A DNA stretch of 64,000 nucleotides. It comes from Eledone cirrhosa. Its lineage: Eukaryota. The stretch lies in assembly GCA_964016885.1 (NCBI GenBank), contig OZ024764.1, forward strand, positions 9,672,001 through 9,736,000, read 5' to 3'. Within the stretch, counting starts at the first letter, position 1. Each line of letters opens with the position of its first letter. Shown piece by piece: positions 42,693 to 53,827 of the stretch. The notes below the pieces were generated by a model, which was not told where the DNA came from, made no database searches, and saw nothing but the letters and a program-made list of their open reading frames with translations. Made by a program: the position numbers and the translations under genes.

Positions 42693-44329
42693 GATATATT
42701 AACAAATGGAAACTATATTTATAAAACCATATTTATTTCATTATACATATTTCAAGGACACCAAGTTAAATTATGGTGTGCTTTCATCAGATAAAATATA
42801 ATATAGAGCAGTTTTATAAATAAATATTGACATACCCTTAAAGAATGCGACTATGTCAATATTTATTTATAAAACTGCTCTATATTATATTTTATCTGAT
42901 GAAAGCACACCATAATTTAACTTGGTGTCCTTGAAATATGTATAATGAAATAAATATGGTTTTATAAATATAATTTCCAATTGTTAATATATCGTATTTT
43001 TACTCCAATAATTTGTTGAGTGCTTTATATCAGTTATAAAAATATTTGCTTATTGTATCCCAACAATTTAAATAGAACTTCTACATATATATATATTTTT
43101 TTTTTTTAGTATATGTTGGTTGTATACCAACATGATTCCAGTTCCTCAGTGAAATAACAACCCAACCAGGAACTGGGCATATCAGAGTATTGACAAAGTT
43201 ATACACCTCAACAACATGTGTACTCGTCTATACCACACTAATTCGGACTGCCTGAAGAGGTCACAGCCAAAGATGGCTGTCACCGAAAAATATATATAGC
43301 AGTAATAAACGAAGCCAAATTTTAAACATTTGACTTATTTATTTTATATATATATATATATATACAGTTCCTGTATGAGCAAGGCATGGTCAGCCGACCA
43401 GACACTGCCCACAACAGGACAACCCGTCTAACCCATGCTAGCGTGGAAGAACGGACGTAAAACGGTGATGATGATGATGATGATATATATATATATATAT
43501 AAACACACAGTCCACGCTGTAATGTGGCCGTGTAGGTAACACGGTAAAAAGTTCCCAGTTCCACACTGTAAATGTGGTTGGTGTTAGGAAGGGCATCCGG
43601 CTGTAAAAAGCCTGCCAGGAACAGTTCTATATGAGCGAGACACGGTCACCCAACCAATCTTGCTTCAAATGGAACAAAACCATCTAACCCATGCTAGCGT
43701 TGTAGATAGACATTAAACGATGATGATGATTATATATATATATATATATATAAAAAGAAGGCAAGAGAGGGAAAAATAAAAGGAAGGAAAAAAACACTGT
43801 AAAGTGGTTGTGTAGGTAACATGGTGAAAAGCTCCCAGACCACACTGTAAATGTGGTTGGTGTGAGGAAGGGCATCCAGCTGTAGAAAACCAGTTCTATA
43901 TGAGCGAGACATGGTCACCCGACCAATCTTGCCTCAAGTGGAATAAAACCATGCTAGCGTGGATCATAGACTGATGATGATATATATATATATATCATCA
44001 TCATTTCATTTTATGTCCGCTTTTCCCTGCTTGCAAAGGTGGGACGGGAACTGATTCTGGCTTGATTTCTACAGCTGGATGCCCTTCCTAACACCAACCT
44101 CATTTACAGTGTGGGCTGGGTCCTTTTTTGCCATGGCACCTCCACGACCACGTTGCAGTGGAATGATAGGGACTCCAGTCCCTATCATCTCATTTCTACA
44201 GCTGAGTAAACTGGAGCAATGTGAAATAAAGTGTCTTGCTCAAGGAAACAACACATCACCCGGTCTGAGAATTGAACTCACAACCTTTCGATTGCAAGGC
44301 CAATGCTCTAACCTTTAAGCCATGTGCCT

Positions 44330-44398
<69 letters not shown>

Positions 44399-44681
44399 AG
44401 GCCAATGCTCTAACTACTAAGCCATGTGCCTATATATATATATATATATAATTAGAAAGTGAACACAAAATTATATTTTGTGTTCACTTTCTAATTAAAT
44501 ACCTGTTCTATACATAGAGCACGCTTTTTCCTTTGGAATTACCTAACACACACACACACATATATATTTATACACATACACACTGCACCACAGTCTATCA
44601 GACTATATATATATATTATGTCAACACTGTATATATATGTGTGTGGCTCTGTTAGTGTGTGTGTGTGACAGTCTGTTTGAG

Positions 44682-44714
<33 letters not shown>

Positions 44715-47104
44715 AATTGTGATTGTGTGTGTGAGTATATATATATGTGTGTTTATATTATATGAGTGTATATGCATATATATACATATATATGTGTGTG
44801 TGTGTGTATATATATGTATACATACACACATATATTTGAGACTGTGTGTGTGTGTGTGCAATTGTGATTGTGTGTGTGAGTATATATATATATGTGTGTT
44901 TATATTATATGAGTGTATATGCATATATATACATATATATGTGTGTGTGTGTGTGTATATATATGTATACATACACACATATATTTGAGACTGTGTGTGT
45001 GTGTGTGTGTGTGCAATTATGATTGTGTGTGTGAGTATATATATATATGTGTGTTTATATTATATGAGTGTATATGCATATATATACATATATATATGTG
45101 TGTGTGTGTATATATATATGTATACATACACACATATATTTGAGACTGTGTGTGTGTGTGTGTGTGTGCAATTATGATTGTGTGTGTGAGTATATATATA
45201 TGTGTGTTTATATTATATGAGTGTATATGCATATATATACATATATATACGTGTGTGTGTATATATATATGTATACATACACACATATGTGTGTGTGTGT
45301 ATGTTTCTGATGAAAACAATAGTCAGTACAACCAGTCCTCTGTAGTTTGGCAACATTTACTGGAATGGTCCCAACATCTTGTTGCCACATATATACTTGC
45401 ATACATATATACATACACACAGATACACACATGCCTATGTATATATATACACATATATACTTGCATACATATATACATACACACATATACACACATGCCT
45501 ATGTATATATATACACATATATACTTGCATACATATATACATACACACATATACACACATGCCTATGTATATATATATATATATATACTTGCATACATAT
45601 ATACATACACACATATACACACATGCCTATGTATATATATACACATATATACTTGCATACATATATACATACACACATATACACACATGCCTATGTATAT
45701 ATATACACATATATACTTGCATACATATATACATACACACATATACACACATGCCTATGTATATATATACACATATATACTTGCATACATATATACATAC
45801 ACACATATACACACATGCCTATGTATATATATACACATATATACTTGCATACATATATACATACACACATATACACACATGCCTATGTATATATATACAC
45901 ATATATACTTGCAGACATATATACATACACACATATACACACATGCCTATGTATATATATACACATATATACTTGCATACATATATACATACACACATAT
46001 ACACACATGCCTATGTATATATATACACATATATACTTGCATACATATATACATACACACATATACACACATGCCTATGTATATATATACACATATATAC
46101 TTGCATACATATATACATACACACATATACACACATGCCTATGTATATATATACACATATATACTTGCATACATATATACATACACACATATACACACAT
46201 GCCTATGTATATATATACACATATATACTTGCATACATATATACATACACACATATACACACATGCCTATGTATATATATACACATATATACTTGCATAC
46301 ATATATACATACACACATATACACACATGCCTATGTATATATATACATATATATACTTGCATACATATATACATACGCATATATACACACATGCCTATGT
46401 ATATATATATATATATACTTGCATACATATATACACATATATACTTGCATACATATATACATACACACATGCCTATGTATATATATATATACACATATAT
46501 ACTTGCATACATATATACATACGCATATATACACACATGCCTATGTATATATATACTTGCATACACATATACATACGCATATATACACACATGCCTATGT
46601 TTCTATATATATATACTTGCATACACATACATAAACTCATACATATATATATATATGTACTTGCATACACACACACACATATATATACATATGTACATAC
46701 ATACTTGCATACATGTATACATGCACATACATATACACACTCATACATATATATATATACTTACATATACACACACATACATACTTACATACATGTATAC
46801 ATACACATACATACATATACACACACATACATACTTACATACATGTATACATACACATACATACATACATGTATACATACACATACATACATACTTGCAT
46901 AAATATATACATACACGTACATAAACACATATATACATACACGTACATAAACACATATATACATACACACACACAGATATATATACACTTGCATACAGAT
47001 ATACATTCACACATTGATACATATAGGCATACATTTATATATATATATAACACTGCTGCATAAGACCTGTCCCACTCTTGCAAGCAGGGAAAAGCGGACG
47101 TAAA

Positions 47105-47135
<31 letters not shown>

Positions 47136-47585
47136 CAAACAAAATACATGTATACACAGATACAAATACATACACATATATACAAGCATACAGAGACTCA
47201 TAGAAGTACACACACACATATACATATATATATATATATATATACAAGTATACAGACACAGAAGTACATACACACATACACATATATATATATATATATA
47301 TATATACAAGTATACAGACACATAGCAATACATACATACACACACATATATATATATAGACAAGTATAGACACACAAGTACATACATACATACACACACA
47401 CACAGACAGACATATACAAGCATACACAGACATAGAAGTACATACATACATACACACACATAGAAGTGCATACATACATACATACACACACATAGAAGTA
47501 CATACATACACACACACAGAGAAGTACATTCATACACACTCAGACACACATTTACAAATATATACACACACAGAGAAGTATACAC

Positions 47586-47616
<31 letters not shown>

Positions 47617-49562
47617 AACAGATGTTCATACATACATACAGAAACCCACATATACAAGTATACATAGACACAGACGTGTACACATACACACACACACACA
47701 CACCCACACGTACACACAGAATGCAAGTGAACCACCTTTGTACCTCCACAAATCTCTGGGACAGTTGGCAAGGAAGTGACCCCCCCCCCTCACATCCCTC
47801 CACCACACACTATCAGTGGAATTCTATAAACCCAGACAGATCTGGTTTCAATCCCATCTGGCAGACAGGACTGCTTGTGGGACACACTTGTGTATATATA
47901 TATATATGTGAAAATGTGGCCCCTTAGATACTAGAGTAGATGTATGTATATATATATGTTCTTCTTTTTGGTAAATATCATCTTGGTTAAGAGAGTGGGA
48001 CTGGCTTTGTGCAGTGCCTTTGCTCACTATAAAAGCTTCACAGCACAGGCATTGCTTTATATCTGGAGATCTCTCTGCACTTGTTGTTACATGGTACCAT
48101 GGGCCCAGCACTATGTGTCAATAATTGTCACAAGTGTAGTGTTTGTACCAGAGTTTTCAAGTCGCTGGCTGGACTAGAAAGTCACACTCGTTCAGCGCAT
48201 CGGTAGGGGTTCTCCTACATGGATATAAAATAGTGGCCGTACTCGAAAACGAGTTGGCAGCCACCATATATATATATAAAATTGTAGTTCCTGTCTGTTC
48301 GTTCACGAACTCCTCCTATGGTTTTGGAGATAGACCTCCCATAACCATATATATTCTGAAACTACATTGCCCAGGGTACTTGGAAAAGTATATTTCATTT
48401 TAATCAAAGGGTTCCTTGGGTGCACAAACCCCCACTGAAAATGTTTTCCCTTCGATATATATGAAATTTTAAAAATATGTAAATGACAAGATATGATGCC
48501 TATTCACAAAATTTCAGCAAATTTTAATAATTGTTTCTACTTTTGGCACAAAGCCAGCAATTACCCAGTACATTACTGGTATTTTATTTTATCGACCCCG
48601 TAAGGATGAAAGGCAAAGTTAACCTCGGCGGGATTTGAACTCAGATCATACAGGGAGGTAACTCTATGCTTCAAAGCATGGCGTCCGACCCTCTACCTTT
48701 AACCCTCAGCAAATTTTAATAATATTAGTCAATCAATCGACTTTCGTCAAATCGGACCAAGGAAACAATGTTTCCATGGGTCTTTCCAATTGCTAATACT
48801 ATCTATCGGTCGCAACTCCAGGTAGAAGGAGCAATGTGAAATAAAGTGTCTTGCTCAAGGAAACAACACATCACCCGATCCGAGAATTGAATAATATTAA
48901 GACACCCTAATGGGGGTGAAACCCCCTATAGTGAAAATTTTGGAAGCCCAAATAAAAAAAATGCTTTACACAAAAATGAAATGATCAAGTTTTGAATTGA
49001 TATTTTGAAAAACAATTATTTACAAGAAACAAAATAAGATTTAATAATGTAATTTTGATTTGATATATTATGTGCCAGCAATGAAATCATATCCGCTCTC
49101 TTGCTCTGGAACCCTGACTCCAGCCTGACTAGGAGTAGGAAGCTGTCATTCCCTGACGTTACCTCTAGGGATACGGGAATCAGCAGACAGGACCTGGGGG
49201 CAGCGATGGGGGACGGAATTCTGGGGCATGAGAGTGAGATCCATCATCTCGACAGTAGTCGACGAATGATGATGATGATGATATTACAAAAAATAATGTT
49301 TTCCAATCTTTCATGCATTACATTTTACATTGAGTAATATTGAACTGCAGGGTTTTTCTCTATAAATTATATCACTGATTTCTGGCCCCAAAAATGTGTG
49401 AAACGCAGCAAGGCGCGGGTAATTCGGCTAGTATTTATATAAGAGTGTGGCCCATCAGACAATCGTGTGTATGTATGTGTATGTGTATGTCTATGTATGT
49501 ATAGATAAGAATGTGTGTGTATATATATATATATAAACTGTGGCTCTTAAGACAATCATGTG

Positions 49563-49614
<52 letters not shown>

Positions 49615-51190
49615 AGTGTATATATGTAAAACTGTGACTCTTTAGACCAGGCATGGGTAACCTTTTTCGAGAAGCGGGCTGCATGAGATATGGCTCATCA
49701 TCAGGTGGGCCGCAAGCACTAATTTTCATTCGGGCCCCACATTAAAAAAAGGGCAGGTAACTCAGGTTGTTTTGATTTGTTTCTTCAGAATTCCTACATG
49801 TTGTTTTCCTCGATCATAAAATGATAGAAAGATAAATTACGACTGAAAAGTTGCGGTAAAAAAATCTGAAAGATTTCACTTAGGTGAGCCATTTAGAAAG
49901 CTCTGCAGGCCACAGGTTTCCCATGGCTGCTTTAGACACTTATATATATATGTATGTGTGTGTGTATATATATATATATATGGAGGCACATGGCTTAGTG
50001 GTTAGAGCATTGGCCTTGCAATCGAAAGGTTGTGAGTTCAATTCTCAGACCGGGTGATGTGTTGTTTCCTTGATCAAGACACTTTATTTCACATTGCTCC
50101 AGTTTACTCAGCTGTAGAAATGAGATGATAGGGACTGGGGTCCCTATCATACCACTGCAAAGTGGTCGTGGAGGTGCCACGGCAAAAAAGCACCCAGCAC
50201 TCACTGTAAATGAGGTTGGTGTTAGGAAGGGCATCCAGCTGTAGAAATCAAGCCAGAATCAGTTCCCGTCCCACCCTTGCAAGCAGGGAAAAGCGGACGT
50301 AAAATGATGATGATGATGATGATGATGATATATATGTATATATAAGAGAGTGTATATATGTAAAATGACACAGAGGTGAGAGGTTAGCTGGACATACACA
50401 CCGACTGCACTCAATGCTCCTGTGGGAGCCCCTGCATGGACACACTGGAAGAGGAAGACCGAGGTTAACATATGTTGATGCCCCAAGGACAGACACTGGT
50501 CTCTTGGAGACACAGGACATGGCAGCGATAATGAGGGACAGAAACTGCTGGTGAGAACTCATCCATGGATCTCGGGAATTTAACCCGCCCTAGATATATA
50601 TGTAAAAATGTGGCTCATTAGACACTCACTTCTTTATCAAATTATCCTTCTGCCATCCATGTTCCTGGAGCAACATTTTGGAAAGTGCCGGACTTATCTG
50701 GAAAATAGAAAACAGGAAATATTAGTTTTAGACAACTAACCGATAAAACTCCTCCTCTTCCTCGTCTTATTCATCTTCGCCCAGTTAAATATTCCTGGGG
50801 AGGGTCTTAAAGGCAAAGTCCTTAAACACACCTGAACTTCCAGCAAGTCCTGCCAGAAGCAACCGTCTCCAATTCATCAGACTGGATACCCAAGTGGGGC
50901 CAGTCAAGCTTGTGGATGTCATCATCATCATCATTTCATTTTACGTCCGCTTTTCCCTGCTTGCAAGGGTGGGACGGGAACTGATTCTGGCTTGATGTCT
51001 ACAGCTGGATGCCCTTCCTAACACCAACCTCATTTACAGGGAGTGCTGGGTGCTTTTTTGCCGTGGCACCTCCACGACCACTTTGCAGTGGAATGATAGG
51101 GACCCCTGCCCCTATCATCTCATTTCTACAGCTGAGTAAACTGGAGCAATGTGAAATAAAGTGTCTTGCTCAAGGAAACAACACATCATG

Positions 51191-51226
<36 letters not shown>

Positions 51227-51971
51227 CACCAGAAATATAATGAAAGGGTTAAAGTCTTTATATTTATCTCAGAAACCTTCCATTGTAATTTAATGTAAGA
51301 ACCTTTGTTAAGTTATGTTCCAAACACCAACAGTGTCTCATTAGAAATATGATAATGAAAGGGTTAAAGTGTTTATATTTATCTAAAAAACTTTCCATTG
51401 TAATTTTATGTAAGAACCTTTGTTAAGTTATGTTCCAAACACCAACAGTGTCTTATTAGAAATATGATAATGAAAGGGTTAAAGTGTTTATATTTATCTA
51501 AAAAACTTTCCATTGTAATTTTATGTAAGAACCTTTGCTAAGTTATGTTCCAAACACCAACAGTGTCTTTCATTAGAAATATGGAAACTAAAGGGTTAAA
51601 ATGTTGATATTTATCTAAAAAAAAAACCTTTGCTAAGTTATGTCCCAGACACCAGAAATACAGTAACGAAAGGGGTTAAAGTGTCAATATTTATCTAGCA
51701 GGGTGGATGTGTGGGTATGAGAGGATTAAGTAAGGTCACTTACATCGACGGAGCTACACAGGTACTCCACTTCTTCATTCAACAACCGTTCTACGTCCTC
51801 CACTGTCAGGAGTTCGTACTCAAAGTGTTCGGTGTCGTCATTCTTCGGCTTGTCGATGTCAAGGTCGTTGAGGTCGTTGTCGTAGTAACAGAGCAGGTCG
51901 TCCTCCTCCTGGTCAGACTGGTCGTACTCCGAATCCTGGTCCGACGCCTGGCTCTGCATCTCAGACGACAT
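14202..51971 (-). CDS. ARIH2: E3 ubiquitin-protein ligase ARIH2 (ariadne-2/TRIAD1, RBR family), spliced CDS of 14 exons, 483 aa
   Basis: Manual join: 51744-51971, 50630-50697, 42137-42200, 40664-40811, 37824-37945, 34728-34837, 30373-30490, 27858-27908, 25241-25286, 23752-23879, 21882-22025, 20929-20997, 16505-16588, 14202-14273. All introns are GT-AG, phases are consistent and the total is 1452 nt. The product has an acidic N-terminus, RING1, IBR, RING2 (GGCNHM) and an Ariadne domain, with hallmark ARIH2 peptides [22 protein letters not shown] and [18 protein letters not shown]. Confidence 0.96.
14389..15520 (-). mobile_element. RTE LINE 3' end with internal 80-bp tandem array (about 9 copies, 14625-15341)
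   Basis: [41 protein letters not shown] on minus strand; 3' tail CCCTTGCAAGCAGGGAAAAGTGGACGTAAAATGATGATG. Confidence 0.88.
16117..16457 (+). mobile_element. SINE family B, representative full copy
   Basis: GGAGGCACATGGCTTAGTGG...CCCTTGCAAGCAGGGAAAAGCAGACGTAAAATGAAATGATG. Other copies: 28807-29090, 29923-30299, 36702-37090, 37231-37580, 43995-44331 (-), 49982-50328, 50919-51187 (-), 55762-56100; related tail fragments ~15706-16050, 26290-26527, 26750-27085, 41455-42112, 43365-43980, 54940-55500. Confidence 0.88.
16505..16588 (-). CDS. ARIH2: ARIH2 coding exon 13 ([28 protein letters not shown])
   Basis: ctctccctAG / GTGAGT, 84 nt. Confidence 0.96.
16640..18280. repeat. 32-bp minisatellite (about 50 copies) next to the acceptor of ARIH2 exon 13
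   Basis: Unit GGAGATATGGTGAGATATATATAGAGAGAGTA. Confidence 0.97.
18892..20318 (-). mobile_element. 5'-truncated Tx1/L1-clade LINE with open C-terminal ORF2 (zf-RVT region) and 18-bp TSD
   Basis: ORF 19153-20268 with [19 protein letters not shown] and [14 protein letters not shown]; TSD ACCGATTCTGCTAATAAT at 18874-18891 and 20319-20336; GC-rich versus background. Confidence 0.92.
20596..20840. repeat. 49-bp tandem repeat, 5 copies, from the SINE A 3' part
   Basis: Unit TTTTGGCACAAGGGGCCAGCAATTACCCCAGTGCATTACTGGTACTTTA. Confidence 0.9.
20929..20997 (-). CDS. ARIH2: ARIH2 coding exon 12 ([23 protein letters not shown])
   Basis: gttgttacAG / GTGAGT, 69 nt. Confidence 0.96.
21882..22025 (-). 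CDS. ARIH2: ARIH2 coding exon 11 ([11 protein letters not shown]...[16 protein letters not shown])
   Basis: ctgccacAG / GTATCT, 144 nt. Confidence 0.95.
22728..22843 (+). pseudogene. 5S rRNA copy, 5'-truncated (lacks first ~6 nt), intronic and antisense to ARIH2
   Basis: GGCCATATCACGCTG...CTCGTCCGATCACCAAAGTTAAGCA...GTTAGTACTTAGATGGGTGACCGCTTGGGAA...GCCGTAAGCATTT; the 5' GCTTAC needed to pair with 3' GTAAGC is replaced by an A run. Confidence 0.88.
23008..23072 (-). ncRNA. Minimal type I hammerhead ribozyme motif (family 1-related), overlapping imperfect inverted repeat 23040-23220
   Basis: ATATTTTGT-CTGATGA-AAAcGTACT..AGTACcTTT-GAAA-TATGTA-TA-ATAAAATAT on minus strand. Confidence 0.7.
23752..23879 (-). 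CDS. ARIH2: ARIH2 coding exon 10 ([17 protein letters not shown]...YLFYFER)
   Basis: ttctgttacAG / GTCAGT, 128 nt. Confidence 0.96.
23987..24886 (-). repeat. 72-bp tandem array (about 12 copies); same family inverted at 63277-63690
   Basis: Unit GTGAAAATACAATAGTATATATAGAGTAATGTAAATGTTATGTGAGATATTATGTGAGGTAAAGCCTTTACT. Confidence 0.95.
25241..25286 (-). CDS. ARIH2: ARIH2 coding exon 9 ([15 protein letters not shown])
   Basis: tttatctacAG / GTAAGT, 46 nt. Confidence 0.95.
27240..27822 (-). mobile_element. RTE LINE 3' end with 80-bp array (4 copies)
   Basis: [38 protein letters not shown] (ORF 27318-27584). Confidence 0.85.
27858..27908 (-). CDS. ARIH2: ARIH2 coding exon 8, RING2 with catalytic Cys ([17 protein letters not shown])
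   Basis: ttcttttcAG / GTACGT, 51 nt. Confidence 0.95.
30373..30490 (-). CDS. ARIH2: ARIH2 coding exon 7 ([13 protein letters not shown]...ISAHTKD)
   Basis: tctctccAG / GTAAGT, 118 nt. Confidence 0.96.
31195..32980 (-). mobile_element. CR1-like LINE 3' end with internal 61-bp tandem array (about 25 copies, 31382-32895)
   Basis: [46 protein letters not shown] is a typical CR1 ORF2 C-terminus; (ATT)n tail near 31195. Confidence 0.85.
33375..33436 (-). ncRNA. Type I hammerhead ribozyme motif
   Basis: AAACAC-CTGATGA-stem II-GAAA-TGTGCA-TA-GTGTTT on minus strand. Confidence 0.65.
33560..33900 (+). mobile_element. RTE LINE 3' end, single-unit version
   Basis: Same family as 14389-15520 without the array; other copies at 52190-52862, 62585-62802 and 47055-47130. 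Confidence 0.8.
33930..34760. repeat. ~130-bp tandem array replicating the 3' end and donor site of ARIH2 exon 6
   Basis: Six extra copies of GAAGTTCGGAGCTTACCAAAAAGAAGTTTTACATTTGGAACAGTCCACTT. Confidence 0.95.
34728..34837 (-). CDS. ARIH2: ARIH2 coding exon 6, IBR ([13 protein letters not shown]...CSKCKTSF)
   Basis: ctatttgtAG / GTAAGC, 110 nt. Confidence 0.94.
35395..35600 (+). mobile_element. LINE endonuclease fragment (RTE-like)
   Basis: [35 protein letters not shown]; related LINE 3' fragments at 35897-36043 (-) and 50370-50593 (+). Confidence 0.7.
36336..36408 (-). tRNA. tRNA-Phe(GAA) copy, probable pseudogene (altered T arm)
   Basis: GCCGAAATAGCTCAGTTGGGAGAGCGTTAGACTGAAGATCTAAAGGTCCCCTGTTCATTCCCGGGTTTCGGCA, 73 nt. 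It matches metazoan tRNA-Phe except for a T-stem mismatch and T loop TTCATTC; no oligo-T terminator follows. Confidence 0.88.
37824..37945 (-). CDS. ARIH2: ARIH2 coding exon 5 ([14 protein letters not shown]...FMDHVK)
   Basis: ccaccAG / GTAAGT, 122 nt, end of RING1. Confidence 0.92.
38041..40708. repeat. ~200-280-bp tandem array replicating the 3' end and donor site of ARIH2 exon 4
   Basis: Eleven extra copies of GAGCACATACTTGTGGTTACTCCTTGGTAGATTTGTACTTGGAAATATCTATCCCA separated by (GGAA)n-rich spacers. Confidence 0.96.
40664..40811 (-). CDS. ARIH2: ARIH2 coding exon 4, RING1 ([12 protein letters not shown]...[24 protein letters not shown])
   Basis: ctaattccAG / GTATGT, 148 nt, CxxC...CxHxxCxxC motif. 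Confidence 0.93.
40779..41360. repeat. 73-bp tandem array (8 units) replicating the acceptor and 5' end of ARIH2 exon 4
   Basis: Unit GACAGTACAGACTAGACTGCTAGCCCCAGGGTCCTGGAATTAGAGAGGGGGTAGGGGTTAGGTGAGGTGACAA. Confidence 0.96.
42137..42200 (-). CDS. ARIH2: ARIH2 coding exon 3 ([21 protein letters not shown])
   Basis: cctccccAG / GTAGGT, 64 nt, phase 2 to 0. Confidence 0.88.
42461..42503 (-). ncRNA. Minimal hammerhead-like motif
   Basis: GTCA-CTGAAGA-gGTCACA gagtg TGTGAC-GAAA-GAAC-TA-TGAC on minus strand. Confidence 0.55.
42691..42995. repeat. ~144-bp inverted repeat with hammerhead motif in each arm (42888-42952 +, 42734-42798 -)
   Basis: TATTTTAT-CTGATGA-AAGcACACCA..TGGTGTcCTT-GAAA-TATGTA-TA-ATGAAATA; arms are near-perfect reverse complements. 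Confidence 0.82.
43247..43303 (+). ncRNA. Type I hammerhead ribozyme motif
   Basis: ACTGC-CTGAAGA-GGTcACAGCCA aaga TGGCTGTcACC-GAAA-AATATATA-GCAGT-type layout with stem I ACTGC/GCAGT. Confidence 0.65.
45385..46620. repeat. 64-bp minisatellite built from CA/TA microsatellite
   Basis: ORF starts spaced exactly 64 bp; landmarks ACTTGCATAC and ATGCCTATG. Confidence 0.93.
48266..49431 (+). mobile_element. Non-autonomous Helitron-like element with nested insertions
   Basis: 5' TATATATAAA..CTGTCTG, 3' GC-rich segment CGCAGCAAGGCGCGGG then CTAG followed by T; second, shorter copy at ~54380-54775 starting TCTATATATATAAAG. Confidence 0.65.
49648..49929. mobile_element. hAT (Charlie-like) MITE
   Basis: TIRs CAGGCATGGGTAACCT / AGGTTTCCCATGGCTG; 8-bp TSD CTTTAGAC at 49640-49647 and 49930-49937. 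Confidence 0.88.
50630..50697 (-). CDS. ARIH2: ARIH2 coding exon 2 ([22 protein letters not shown])
   Basis: attttccAG / GTGAGT, 68 nt, phase 0 to 2, UBA-like region. Confidence 0.9.
51225..51697. repeat. ~116-bp tandem repeat (about 4 copies) with AAAGGGTTAA (piggyBac-like end) motif
   Basis: GAAAGGGTTAA recurs at about 51242, 51358, 51474 and 51590; single related copy at 56665-56770. Confidence 0.75.
51744..51971 (-). CDS. ARIH2: ARIH2 coding exon 1 ([17 protein letters not shown]...LCSSVD); exon probably extends to an acceptor at 52108 as 5' UTR
   Basis: ATG at 51971, acidic N-terminus, donor GTAAGT; upstream acceptor ctacttgcAG at 52109-52110. Confidence 0.9.
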
Positions 51972-52879
51972 GTTTGATGGCGGCGGTGGTGGGTGGGTGG
52001 CGTGTAGTGGGTGATGGGCAGGTAGTAGTTAGGGGTGGTGTTGGTGGAGAATGAGGCTTACAACAGCAGGGGTTGCGATGACAGCCTGGTTCTCTCACAA
52101 TTTACGACCTGCAAGTAGACAAAATAAATATTAATAATGGTTTCAGCAATTTTGGGGACAGGGGAAAGAAGTCTATTAAATCGACCCAAGAAGTGCCGAG
52201 AAATCCCACCCAGTAGAAGGAAGACGCAGTCGAGGAAGACCACGAAAAACATGGGCAGAGGTGGTGAGAGCTGACCTCAGATCGCTGAAGCTCACAGCAT
52301 CTCTCCACTTGTCACCGTCCTTCGTCATCTCCACCGTGAGCTTCAGCGATCTGAGGTCTGCTCTCACCACCTCCGCCCATGTTTTTCGTGGTCTTCCTCT
52401 ACTGAGTCTTCTTTCTACCGGGATTTCTTGGCACTTCTTTACCCAGTGGTCATCCTCCATGTTCATCACATGTCCATACCATCTCAGTCTTCTCTCCCGC
52501 ACACCACAACTTATCCCTCTTATATCCAGTTTCTTTCTCAACTCGTCTATGCTTGGTCGTTCACGCATATTGACATTGCACATCCAATGGAGCATGCTTG
52601 CTTCATTTCTCTCCACCCGTCACATATCCTCTGTAGTTGCTGCCCATGTCTCACTACCATGCAGCATTGCACATCTCACACAGGCATCATATAACCGGCC
52701 TTTCGTATGCAGGGAGAAACCCTTATTTGTGAACAGAGGAAGCAGCTCCCTAAACTTCTTCCAACCCGTCCTTATTCTAGATACTATGGCCTCGGAACAC
52801 TCTCATCCCATGCTAATCTGATCACCTAGGTACCGGAAGCTATCAATTACTTTTCGTGGTCTTAATAATAATAACAACA

Positions 52880-53827
52880 ATGGAGAGAAATGAAGCAAGC
52901 ATGCTCCGTTAGATGTGCAATGTTAATGTGCGTGAACGACCAAGCATGGATGAGTTGAGAGAGGAACTGTGTATAAGAGGGATAAGTTCTGGTGTGCAGG
53001 AGAGAAGACTGAGATGGTATGGACATGTGATGTGTTGAGAGAGAAACTGTGTATAAGAGGGATAAACTGTAGTGTGTGGGAGAGAAGACTGCGTTGGTAT
53101 GGACATGTGATGTGTTGAGAGAGAAACTGTGTATAAGAGGGATAAGTTCTGGTGTGTGGGAGAGAAGACTGAGATGGTATGGACATGTGATGTGTTGAGA
53201 GAGAAACTGTGTATAAGAGGGATAGGTTGCGGTGTGTGGGAGAGAAGACTGAGATGGTATGGACATGTGATGTGTTGAGAGAGAAACTGTGTATAAGAGG
53301 GATAGGTTGCGGTGTGTGGGAGAGAAGACTGAGATGGTATGGACATGTGATGTGTTGAGAGAGAAACTGTGTATAAGAGGGATAGGTTGCGGTGTGTGGG
53401 AGAGAAGACTGAGATGGTATGGACATGTGATGTGTTGAGAGAGAAACTGTGTATAAGAGGGATAGGTTGTGGTGTGTGGGAGAGAAGACTGAGATGGTAT
53501 GGACATGTGATGTGTTGAGAGAGAAACTGTGTATAAGAGGGATAGGTTGCGGTGTGTGGGAGAGAAGACTGAGATGGTATGGACATGTGATGTGTTGAGA
53601 GAGAAACTGTGTATAAGAGGGATAGGTTGCGGTGTGTGGGAGAGAAGACTGAGATGGTATGGACATGTGATGTGTTGAGAGAGAAACTGTGTATAAGAGG
53701 GATAGGTTGCGGTGTGTGGGAGAGAAGACTGAGATGGTATGGACATGTGATGCACATGGAGGATGACCGCTGGGTAAAGAAGTGCCAAGAAATCCCAGTG
53801 GAAGGAAAACGAAGTAGAGGAAGACCA
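52880..53827 (+). mobile_element. RTE LINE fragment with 80-bp array (about 10 copies)
   Basis: Reverse complement of the unit at 14625-15341; [26 protein letters not shown]. Confidence 0.88.
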
